Shown: in pieces, positions 48,392-57,424 of the stretch
Layout of the letters: the number at the start of each line of letters is the position of its first letter
Position numbering within the stretch: position 1 is the stretch's first letter
NCBI GenBank assembly: GCA_025594325.1
Contig: JANHCV010000007.1
Coordinates: 1,488,001 to 1,552,000 of the forward strand
Direction: 5' to 3'
DNA from: Blastocladiella emersonii ATCC 22665
Lineage: Eukaryota > Fungi > Blastocladiomycota
Length of the DNA: 64,000 nt
Program-made: the position numbers and the translations under genes
The notes under the pieces: model-generated
Seen by the model: only the letters and a program-made list of their open reading frames with translations
Databases searched by the model: none
Told to the model about the DNA's origin: nothing

Positions 48392-49144
48392 ATGGTCTTT
48401 GACAGTGCGGTAAACACGCTGACGTACGTCGACTTTAAACAAGCTGGCGTCATCAAGAACAATCTCGCATGTACTGCCGCAGGGAATCTCGAACTCGCAT
48501 CCGCAACGACGGGCGGCGTATCCCTGGCAGCTGGCGGTGGGAACGTGGTCATCGGATCAGCGACCCTTGGAACAGAAAAACTTCGAGTCAACGGCACTGG
48601 TCGGTTCACTGGCCAACTCACACTCGACCTTGCTCCAGTGGCGGGCACAGATGCCGCGAATAAAGCGTACGTCGATAATCTCATGGCTACAAATCGGCGG
48701 GGACAGGTTCTCATCAACTCGGCGAGTTTGTCGTTTTTATCCGGACAATCCCAGGTCATCACGGGCGCAAACAGTCAAGGCGCGGCGATCGTAAACTCGA
48801 CAAGTCCCGGGTTCCTGGGTCTTGGAGCAACCAACGGCTGTTTCACTGTCAGCGCAACGGGATGGTACGCACTACGCAGTCAGGGCTGGTACACGCAGGG
48901 AAGTACGGTCACGGAGCACATCGCGACTTACTCGCTGTATAATGCCACCGACTTGACCGTAGCGGGTAAGGACTACATTGGACTGCTGGCACGAGCTCTC
49001 TGTAAGTTCGCGTCAGATCAGTACATGGGAGGCAGTGCTACAGTGTACCTTGAAGCCGGAAAGCAGTACGGGTTTACGTGGTCTTCCACCGTTTCCATGA
49101 CCCAATCCGTTCACGTCACTCTTGACCTCTTCTTTATGCGCTGA
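48392..49144 (+). CDS. Fibre C-terminal part with a putative C1q/TNF-like head
   Basis: GNVVIG..KLRVNG, DAANKAYVD, FTVSATGWY. Same frame as 46499..48373. Confidence 0.7.
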   Translation: MVFDSAVNTLTYVDFKQAGVIKNNLACTAAGNLELASATTGGVSLAAGGGNVVIGSATLGTEKLRVNGTGRFTGQLTLDLAPVAGTDAANKAYVDNLMATNRRGQVLINSASLSFLSGQSQVITGANSQGAAIVNSTSPGFLGLGATNGCFTVSATGWYALRSQGWYTQGSTVTEHIATYSLYNATDLTVAGKDYIGLLARALCKFASDQYMGGSATVYLEAGKQYGFTWSSTVSMTQSVHVTLDLFFMR

Positions 49145-49145
49145 T

Positions 49146-50255
49146 TCAGTGGCGCACCGTATCCCTGAATCGACCAGGTTCGCGTCGATCACGTTCCGGC
49201 GGCTTGCGTGGCTCGATTGGCTGCTTAGTGCGCGTCTGTGGTGCTGGTCGCTGTGGCGCAACGCGTCCCGGCGGCTCACGTGATACTGAAACGGGCTGGA
49301 GATCAGTTCGAGAGTAAAACCCGACGCGACCGGCGACTTTATAGCTCGGATTACTCACCCCCGAACCCTTGCGGACTTTGGTGACTTGATGCAATGTACT
49401 CGACCATAGCGGCTTTCCCTTGGACTCTAACTGGGCCTTGTACGGAATGCGCACGCGAACGAGCTGGCCGACTTTCAGCAACGCGCTCAGTGGATCACCC
49501 TCTGGTTTGCCCCGAGCGGCACGGATGGCTTTGAGCTCTGTCTTGGCGACATCCCTGGGGATGTTGTCGTAGGCGTTCGGCGCTTTACCCGTCCCACGAC
49601 TCTTGGACTTGTTGATCACGTCCTCGATTACCTTGAGGTGTTTCGGCCAGTCGTTGTTGCCTTGAATCGACATCCACGGGATGAGCATTGACTTGATTGT
49701 ACGATTCATTCGTTCTGCAACTCCCTGGCCTTGGGGCACTCCGGGTTTGCCTTTAATGTGCTTCACAGTGGTCCCGGCCACAATGGTTGCAAACTCTGTC
49801 CCGTTATCCGTCTGGATCGTAGCGGGATTCAAATTGTGTTCCTCTACGACCTTGTCCCAGATTGCCCGCACGTTGGCCGCCTCGCGTTTCTTTACGGGTC
49901 GGAGATAGACTTTACGCGTGGCAAGGTCGACAGCGACGAGAATTGCAGTGTAACCGTTAAAGTGCTTTGCTTCGCTCATGATAATTGAGTCCATCTGGAA
50001 GTTGCGGCCGGGACTAACGGACGAGATCACACGAATGTCGCGGTGCTTGTACTTGGGCTGTTTATATTGCTGCCACACTGATTGCTCTCCAAGCCATTTT
50101 TCGAGTTGGGCTCGGTAGATGTGCTGCCCTGTATTTTCCGCGGTGATGATATCAAATAATCGCCTGATGCCGACGCCAACGTGGCCCTTTTTATAGTACA
50201 GGTTGCTCAAATACTCTGATTGAGCATCCGTAAGTGGTTCTTCGTGCGGATACAT
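49146..50255 (-). CDS. Retroviral-like (rve) DDE integrase, Polinton-type
   Basis: FQMD..LVAVDLAT, IQTDNGTEF, GVAERMNRTIK, and C-terminal KVGQLVRV..W..YSRTDLQ. The catalytic triad is intact. Confidence 0.93.
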   Translation of the reverse strand: MYPHEEPLTDAQSEYLSNLYYKKGHVGVGIRRLFDIITAENTGQHIYRAQLEKWLGEQSVWQQYKQPKYKHRDIRVISSVSPGRNFQMDSIIMSEAKHFNGYTAILVAVDLATRKVYLRPVKKREAANVRAIWDKVVEEHNLNPATIQTDNGTEFATIVAGTTVKHIKGKPGVPQGQGVAERMNRTIKSMLIPWMSIQGNNDWPKHLKVIEDVINKSKSRGTGKAPNAYDNIPRDVAKTELKAIRAARGKPEGDPLSALLKVGQLVRVRIPYKAQLESKGKPLWSSTLHQVTKVRKGSGVSNPSYKVAGRVGFYSRTDLQPVSVSREPPGRVAPQRPAPQTRTKQPIEPRKPPERDRREPGRFRDTVRH

Positions 50256-50279
50256 TATATTAACAAGGAGAAATATCCA

Positions 50280-51047
50280 TCAGTTCTTGCCGACCATGTA
50301 CGTGTCGACGTGAACGCCCACGGAATGACCCATGGCATGGGCGCGAGCCTTGATCTCGTTGTACGCCTTCGTGTTCTCAGACGCGCTGATCCGGCGCAGC
50401 TTCTGGACTCCAACGTCAAGTCCAACGAGCTTGCCACTGCGGCCAACGTCTTGGCACCACTTCTTGCACAGCGCCTTGGCGTCATCAATGCTGTCGGCAA
50501 ACACGAAATCAAAGCCCTGGTCGCGGCGGTACTTGATAAACTTGGCGAGCATGTTAGCCTGGTCGTCGGCAACGCGGTGCTTGAAGTCGTATCCGTGGCC
50601 GGCCGTCTTGATCACAATGGAACCGTAAATGAGCTCCGTCTCAGGGTCGTAGTGCGGGAAGTGGTCCGTCTTATCCACAGTGAGGAATGCGAGGTCACTG
50701 CGAACCGTAGTCAGAGTCTGGAGGTAAAGCTGCAGCTGGTGGACCTTGCTGGCGAGGCTGACTTCCTTGTCCAGCGTCCAGTCAAACTTCTCGTCGATCG
50801 CCTTCAGAACCTCAGCCTGAGTGGGCAGCGTGCCGGCTTCCTCCTTGTTGCGGGCCTCGCGCTTCTGCTTACGAAGTTCCTGGGCGTGCTTCGAGTACTG
50901 ATCAGCAAGCTCATTGTCGCCGTTCCAGTTGCAGTACACGCTGAGCCACTTGGCCGTGTCCGACTGGAGCGCATCTGGCGGGTTGTTCTTTCCCTTTTTG
51001 TCGTCCCACTTGACCATGGCGGCCTTCACAGCATCCACGTTGTGCAT
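50280..51047 (-). CDS. Tyrosine recombinase (OLV11-like catalytic domain)
   Basis: R (TVRSD), K (VIKT), LRR, MGHS and Tyr nine residues after the His (HVDTY) near the C-terminus. Confidence 0.72.
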   Translation of the reverse strand: MHNVDAVKAAMVKWDDKKGKNNPPDALQSDTAKWLSVYCNWNGDNELADQYSKHAQELRKQKREARNKEEAGTLPTQAEVLKAIDEKFDWTLDKEVSLASKVHQLQLYLQTLTTVRSDLAFLTVDKTDHFPHYDPETELIYGSIVIKTAGHGYDFKHRVADDQANMLAKFIKYRRDQGFDFVFADSIDDAKALCKKWCQDVGRSGKLVGLDVGVQKLRRISASENTKAYNEIKARAHAMGHSVGVHVDTYMVGKN

Positions 51048-51056
51048 CGAGACGCC

Positions 51057-51617
51057 CTAAGTCATGAACTTGGTGAGAATGCGGTTCGCCGTCGCTTTAT
51101 CAGTATCGCTGTGCTTCCCGACTTCCTTGTTGGCCTTGATGATGTCCGCGTTCTTGAACTCCTCAATCGACTTGGCTGTGATCGTCTCGAACTTGAGCTT
51201 CTTAGCGGCGGGCTGCTGATCCTCGTTGGTGGTCGAGGACTCGGACGCGTCGGCCATCTCCACGTCCTGCGTGGCTGGGTGATCAGCGGGCTGATCCGAA
51301 TCACGTTCCATGACGTCATGCGAGCGCTTCGTAGCCTGCACGGGCACGGCCTTCTCGAGGTTGTCGAGACGGGTTTTAACACCATGGATACACTCGTGGT
51401 ACAGGTGATTGTCGCCTTCAAGGGTGTGGGCCAAGTGAGCAAACTCGCGCTCCACCTCAGCCAGGCGAGGCTCAATCTTGGACTGGGTCTCGGCCATGTG
51501 GCTGAGAATCGTCGCTTGCTTGTCCTCGATGGCTTGGAGGCGGGGCTCGAGGGCGTTCATAAACTCCTTGGTGGCTTGCGCGAGGATGTCCTTGACCAGA
51601 AGCTCGAACGACGCCAT
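51057..51617 (-). CDS. Coiled-coil ORF, probably the N-terminal part of the tyrosine recombinase gene
   Basis: Same frame as 50280..51047, separated by one TAG plus 3 codons. Confidence 0.65.
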   Translation of the reverse strand: MASFELLVKDILAQATKEFMNALEPRLQAIEDKQATILSHMAETQSKIEPRLAEVEREFAHLAHTLEGDNHLYHECIHGVKTRLDNLEKAVPVQATKRSHDVMERDSDQPADHPATQDVEMADASESSTTNEDQQPAAKKLKFETITAKSIEEFKNADIIKANKEVGKHSDTDKATANRILTKFMT

Positions 51618-51712
51618 TGTGCTTTACTACAGAGCAGGCAAAAAAGGTACGCGGGGATGTCCGCGTTTTATACGTTTGGCGTTATCGCTAAAAGTTTTCG
51701 CGCCTGTTGCTA

Positions 51713-52168
51713 ATGGACTCGCACTTGATGGGATTCATCCTGAGCCATGTCACTGACATCCCCAACACTGTATTCGATCCAGAACTCGTTCTGCAGCTTG
51801 ACAGCGAAGCCATTGCAACGATATCCCCAGGGATGGCGGGTGCCGCGTTTGAGAAGGTCCGCGCACTCGCTGCCCGCGTGGCGATCGTCGAACTCGCTTT
51901 GAATCGCAAGCTTTCCAAGTGCCCGCTCACTTCCTGGGGCGAAAACACACTCCTCGAGCTCGTGGGCAAGTTAAAGGTTCGAAAGCTGGACGTGGACATT
52001 GCAGGAACTCTTGCCAAGTTTTCCATTCCAGAGTGCGAGGCGGAAATTATCCGCGCGGAATGGGAAAAAGTAAAGCTCGATGTGATGCTCAAGGCAATTG
52101 CAAAGGCATCTGTGCGCAAACTCGAAAAGAAACAGAAGCCAGAGACGGCGGAAGACGACGCGGAATAG
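51713..52168 (+). CDS. Hypothetical helical protein
   Basis: 151-aa ORF from the ATG at 51713, divergent from 51617 and upstream of the replicase. Confidence 0.6.
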   Translation: MDSHLMGFILSHVTDIPNTVFDPELVLQLDSEAIATISPGMAGAAFEKVRALAARVAIVELALNRKLSKCPLTSWGENTLLELVGKLKVRKLDVDIAGTLAKFSIPECEAEIIRAEWEKVKLDVMLKAIAKASVRKLEKKQKPETAEDDAE

Positions 52169-52287
52169 ACGTTCCCGCGATCCAAATGACATATCGATAG
52201 CTATTTCTGAAGAGTTATCGATAAACGCGCCAGACGCATAAAAGAAGCCGGTTTTTCCTCTTATAGGACAGTAAGAACATCCCCAAA

Positions 52288-54663
52288 ATGTCTTCTGCCG
52301 CTTCCAAGATTGCCGAGACTGTCAAGGACCTCTCAAAGATTCTTGACCCGCTCTATGCTGTCCGTCTCATGGCACCAGTGAATCCCAAGGCCGTGGAAGC
52401 TCTACACAGCAAGGCGATCCAGTGTTCGTGTGCCGACCCAAAGCAACAGGCCAAGGAAACGAAAATCGTCAACTCAATCCGTCGCAAGATGAATAAGCGC
52501 GGTGAAATCGAGACCATCTACAAGTTCTCAGACACGACAAACTCTGGCCGACTTACTACCACGCCTACTACTCCTGGGCTACAAAAGATTTGCGGCGAAA
52601 CGCGTGCGTTCCTGTTCAAGGGCGTGCTCCAAGATATCGACATGCACAACTCCGCGCCAACCATCATCCACCAACTGGCTCGTCACCATGGACTCGAGTA
52701 CCCTCTTCTCAACGAGCACATTGAGAACCGAAACAGCGTACTTGATCGACTGGGCATGAACAAAACCGATTTCTTCGCTGGCTCGTTCAGCAAAAAGTGT
52801 CCGTTGGAGTTTCCCGCCGAGTACAAGGCGTTCCACGCGTTTTTGTACAACGTCGTGGTTCCCAAGTTTCAAGAGATGCACCCGGATGTGTGGGCCATGT
52901 CGTCACCAAAGCATCCCAATCGCCAGGGCTCATTCCTCTCGTTCGTCTATCAGTGTGTCGAGTGCAAGCTCCTTCTTCACGCCAAAGACTTTTGCTCTTC
53001 GCGTGATATCAAGCTCGCGGTTCTCATGTACGACGGCATGATGGTCCGTGCCTCAGATCAGATCAACGAGCAGTTTATGGCCGACCTCGGTGCGTACACG
53101 CTCGAAAAGACGGGTTTTGATATCAAGTGGGCCGAGAAACCCATTGTCGCGCCCTGTGCCATTCCAGAGCCCGAGGAAGAGGAGGAGGAGAAGACACCAA
53201 CGCAGTTGATCTCAGAGTTTATCGTGGACGAGTTCAAGACCCTGGGCTATGTCAAGGACAGCGAGTACATTTACAAGCCATCAGCAAAGAACCCGTTTTA
53301 TTTTGAGCGCCACATGACAGTGGATGAGTACGTGTCCTACATTCTCGATGACGTATTTGTCGACTATTACAACCAGGACGCAAGCAAGTACCGCCGCCAC
53401 GTAACACAGCGATTGGCGCAGTGTTCTAAGAACATCCCCCAGTACAAACAAAACCGCAGCCTGATCGCGTTCAAGAATGGGGTTCTGTTCACTGGCACGC
53501 ATGAGAACCGTAAATGGGGGCCAATTTCTCTACAGGACATCGAGGACAACTACGAGTGGTTTGTAAACCACGTTTGCAGTGGGAACCCAGTGGTGTGGAC
53601 GTACATTGACAACGAGTTCGATTTCGATTACCTGAACAAGTACTCTGAGCTCAGCCTGGGCCCTTACCAGGACGTGCTTGATCTACAGTTTGGTAGCAAC
53701 GAGCTTGCCAAGATTCAGTACGTGATGATGTACTTTGGCCGCACCATGTTCCCAGTGGGATACTTTGACAACTGGGCAATCACGCCATTTACCTATGGCG
53801 AGTCGGGCACGGGCAAGTCCCTGTCCATCAAGCTTGTTCAGGACATCCATGGGATGCACCGCTTCCAGGCCACGGCCAGTGATGAAACTGTGACCAAGTT
53901 TACGATCGCGTATACGAAGAACAAGGTCGCGTGGGAGCTCACAGATGTAAATGCTGACTTTTTCGAGAAACTTGGTTTCCAGACGGCCAAGAACCTGGTC
54001 GAGGGTAAGGGACTTTCCAGCGCGCGAAAGGGCGGGGACGAGGTCACTGATGCCTTTGAGGCGCATATGCTGCCAACGTCCAACTTTGTTCTCAAGATTA
54101 CCGAAGTTTTCAACGAAGTTTCCAAGCGTTTCATGTTTATCAACTTTACAAAGAAGCCCGAACGCGAGAACACGTTCCTCCAGGCGCAGAGCCGAGACAA
54201 GTACTTGCTGAACATTCTGCTGTTTGCCCTGGACGCGTATCACTTCACTGTGCAGCACCTTGAGGAGAACCAGAGGCTCACATTCCGCGATGACATTATG
54301 GAGCAGGTATTCAAGGATAACGCTGTCATGGCTAAACTGGCAAACGATCCAATTGAGAGCGCACTGCTTGATGATGACTGCCCGCTGACTGTGACGGCGG
54401 ATCCGGAGCAGGCGATGCTTTACACTGATTTCCTCCGCGCACTTGATCTGCACCCCAAAACCAAGTGGAATGACTCCCTGATGGAGGCGCGCGGACTGGG
54501 CAAGGCCACAATGAACCTCTGCAAGTACTGCATGGGCAAGCATGCCAAGGACTGTTGCACCCAGTACGATCGGACGGCCCGGACCAAGCGGCCAGTGGTG
54601 ACTGGTGTGGTCTACAGCTACAGACTCAATACTGCAGAGGACGACGGCAATGATTGTGAGTAG
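52288..54663 (+). CDS. TVpol (family-A-like primase-polymerase) fused to a D5-like SF3 helicase
   Basis: GRL..GLQ, motif A QDIDMHNSAP, motif C LMYDGMMV, then LIAFKNGV, Walker A GESGTGKS, WELTD, PTSN, KRF.FI.F. Confidence 0.85.
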   Translation: MSSAASKIAETVKDLSKILDPLYAVRLMAPVNPKAVEALHSKAIQCSCADPKQQAKETKIVNSIRRKMNKRGEIETIYKFSDTTNSGRLTTTPTTPGLQKICGETRAFLFKGVLQDIDMHNSAPTIIHQLARHHGLEYPLLNEHIENRNSVLDRLGMNKTDFFAGSFSKKCPLEFPAEYKAFHAFLYNVVVPKFQEMHPDVWAMSSPKHPNRQGSFLSFVYQCVECKLLLHAKDFCSSRDIKLAVLMYDGMMVRASDQINEQFMADLGAYTLEKTGFDIKWAEKPIVAPCAIPEPEEEEEEKTPTQLISEFIVDEFKTLGYVKDSEYIYKPSAKNPFYFERHMTVDEYVSYILDDVFVDYYNQDASKYRRHVTQRLAQCSKNIPQYKQNRSLIAFKNGVLFTGTHENRKWGPISLQDIEDNYEWFVNHVCSGNPVVWTYIDNEFDFDYLNKYSELSLGPYQDVLDLQFGSNELAKIQYVMMYFGRTMFPVGYFDNWAITPFTYGESGTGKSLSIKLVQDIHGMHRFQATASDETVTKFTIAYTKNKVAWELTDVNADFFEKLGFQTAKNLVEGKGLSSARKGGDEVTDAFEAHMLPTSNFVLKITEVFNEVSKRFMFINFTKKPERENTFLQAQSRDKYLLNILLFALDAYHFTVQHLEENQRLTFRDDIMEQVFKDNAVMAKLANDPIESALLDDDCPLTVTADPEQAMLYTDFLRALDLHPKTKWNDSLMEARGLGKATMNLCKYCMGKHAKDCCTQYDRTARTKRPVVTGVVYSYRLNTAEDDGNDCE

Positions 54664-54761
54664 ATTGTGAGTGTGTGTGAGTGTGTGTGAGTGTGGAGGT
54701 CGTACTCACAAAATGCACTACTTTTACGTTACCCTGAGTGTTTTTACTTTGTTTTTTGTCT

Positions 54762-54904
54762 TGTGAGTATGTGAGTATGAGATTTAGAGGTATTCAGTGA
54801 TATATATTTGGAAGAAAAAAGTAACATACATATGTCAGTGACAAACACTCTCCGAATTATGGGCGGGGTGGAAAAGTTCCGATTCCTGTACTCACAAACT
54901 CACA
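54762..54904. promoter_or_regulatory. Second origin-like module with a different iteron (TGTGAGTA x2 .. WACTCACA x2)
   Basis: 8-bp periodic inverted repeats around a 111-bp core. The core shares AAGAAAAAAGTAACATAC with the inverted left-end module. Confidence 0.45.
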
Positions 54905-54971
54905 CCCGGGGTAAGCCATTAGCTTCCTTTGTGGAGGCCCTAAAAACTGCGTCATACTCACAACTCCCTGC

Positions 54972-55582
54972 CCCACAGCTGGATCGCCCAGTGACTGGAA
55001 ATCCGCCGCGCCCGCTTCTCAGATGGCATGGACTATGACGACTGAAACCCACTACCAAATGGCCGTCTACTCTATCAACCTACTTGTGTCCCAGTGTCCC
55101 AGTGTCCCAGCTAAATATTCTTTTTTATAAATTTGAAAAATATAACTAACATACTTAGTTAGTATGCTGTTTTCAGTTCAAAATACGAGCTACAAGTGAA
55201 AATCGCTGGGACACTGGGACACAGGGACACACTCTCACCGACCTCACCAATACTCTCACCAACCGACTCACCATTTCCCCACCGCGCCGACGGATTCATA
55301 GACGTTTGCCAATATCGCCCATGCCCGTCGTGGATTTCAATTCATCGAATAATCGCAAAGTCATTTCGAGACGCGTCGCGGATCAGATGACCGTCACGTG
55401 GGCCGCGAGACACTTGGAGACGCGTCGACTTATCACGTGAGGACCCTCCGCCACTTCGTGGCTGCGGGCGCGCGCGCATCCCTGGGGATGTTTCTGACGG
55501 GCGTCCCCAGGGATAGACCTAACCACATCTACCTCTATAGCCATTTAATCCTATCCTGAGGTATCCTTATAAGGATACCTCA
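54972..55582 (-). repeat. Right terminal inverted repeat (611 bp)
   Basis: Reverse complement of 37749-38359. Confidence 0.97.
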
Positions 55583-57424
55583 TTTCCTATGTCTGCGCGG
55601 GGACAGCCACGCCTTCAGCGGGGTTTCCTCGCGTCGTGTGACCGCCGTGCCGTGTTAGCGAGCGGGAGAGACTGGCGAAGGCTGCACACGACCAAGAGCT
55701 GCGGTTTCCGTCTGCCCATGTTATCTATCGATTTATGTTAAGTTTGCAGGGAGAGGGTGCTACTAAGGTCGAGCGAGCACTGCGGGGCTTTGCCCAAGCT
55801 ATAGTGGTCGCGATTTTCTGCTCTCGTTTCGTCACATGACCCAATCACGTTGTTCCGGATGACATCACTTCCCGTGTCGCGTTGCGCCACTTCGCTTCGC
55901 TCTCGCTTCCGCTCCGCTCCCCTCCCGTTTGCTCTCCTTCTTCAATGAAGCTCATTTACTCTATGCAATGGATTCCATAAATCATGAAATTGACGACACG
56001 CCGGTCCTGTCCCACCTCGGCGCCTTTGGGTGGCGCTCGCGCAGGGACGTGCTGTGCTCGACTCGGCCGTTGACTTGAGTGTTCCGCTGGCACCGCTTTT
56101 GCACTCTGCTCTTGCTACTGCACAAGTGCTGCTTAGGCGAGCTCGCCGAGTGGAGTAGCGTGTTGTGGGATGCTTTCACGTCGCCACGGCTTGCAGTACC
56201 TGCTATTGTGAAGGACCCCAGCTCGGGGCGATGCTATTTGTGTTCTTGTTCTTCCCCTTGTGTGGGCGCACTCGCTCTTCTTGGCCGCCGCTACCGCCAC
56301 TCGACCCGCGTTGCGCCCGCCAGGCGTCGCGTCGCTACTTGCTTCCTTACTGCGGGACTCTGCGCTGAGCAACGTGGTGCGACGAAGACTCTCTAAACTT
56401 TGCAACGAGTAGCTACGCGGTATCTTTGCCTCGGCGGTGCGGGATACGAACTTGATCACGAGCGGAGCGCGCATCTGGCTTCGCTTCCGCGCAAGCACGC
56501 GCGTCTCATCTGCTGTGCATTTGACTGCTTCTGACCTCGACCCTTGCTACCTGCACCGCGGCGGAACGTGCGATTGCTTCAATAAAACTCCTTGTCAGCT
56601 CGGACGAGCGCTATTATATGCGCGCCGGGAATCATCATGACTTTCAACATCGTTGACAGGTCTCCCATTCATTTTGTGCACGATCACCGCGCAACTGAAG
56701 GCGAGCTAAAGTCGGCTGAGCAGGCCGTCGCGGCCGCGGTTACGACTGCTGGTGTTAGCTTCTCACCAACTGGCGTGCGACAGCACAAGCTCGACAGTCC
56801 TCTCGTTCTCGAGGATTCGCGTGACAGTGATTATCGCTGCATGAGAAAAGCTCGCCAGGTGGAGAAATACGAGACCAAGCGGTCAGGACATGGGTGCATC
56901 ATGACGCACACGGTATTTGTTTGCGCTAGAGTGTCTCGCGTCGCCGTCAACGACATCCCGTGGGCACCGTAACCCGCGTCGACCTTTCACGATCTTTCCA
57001 CCGTAGTTGCGCTTCATCGGATATATGTAGTTCCGCGCCAAAGGAGGCGAGTTCGCTCGAGCTTTCAAGTTGGATCATAGCGTGCGACGCGAACGCCATC
57101 ATCGTTGAGTGCTTTCTTGGCGATAGATCGATGCGTTAGCCAAGATCGAGTCGTCGCGCACATTCGCTGTGCATAGTACGCTCCGTTGCACAATCGCTGA
57201 CTGCTGTCTTTTCGGCTCATTGAGAATATCAGCATGCTGCTGTGAGCGAGCGGCTCGCCCTGGCGCGTCCGTCACAAATCCGATCTCAGTTGCCTCGAGC
57301 GCGCTGGCGATACGCGCTACATGCGCGTATGCTGCACAGAGGCGCGTTTGAGGGTACTAGGCGCACACGATCAAGGCGCGCTACTAGCGCTCCATCACGA
57401 GCACCATCCTTGAAGCGTGGCTGG

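Larger units (their letters stand above)
37749..55582. mobile_element. Endogenous Polinton-like virus (PLV), 17,834 bp
   Basis: 611-bp TIRs, TG..CA ends, TSD, compact intronless genes for MCP, penton, A32 ATPase, rve integrase, tyrosine recombinase and TVpol-SF3. Visibly lower GC than host genes. Confidence 0.95.

Noticed and set aside
50253-50282. Recombinase and integrase are also in frame, separated by one TGA
   Set aside because: The recombinase ends naturally just after its catalytic Tyr. The spacer is AT-rich with its own TAATATAATG start, and same-frame by chance is likely.
47104-51713. Long ORFs 47104..48228(-) and 50220..51713(+) inside the element
   Set aside because: Exact antisense overlaps of the fibre and recombinase genes, with no motifs or initiator.
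37749-55582. Assignment as a classical Polinton/Maverick or a bona fide virophage
   Set aside because: No pPolB and no adenain/Ulp1-like protease recognised. The 404-aa MCP looks PLV-type. Phylogeny is needed for a final placement.
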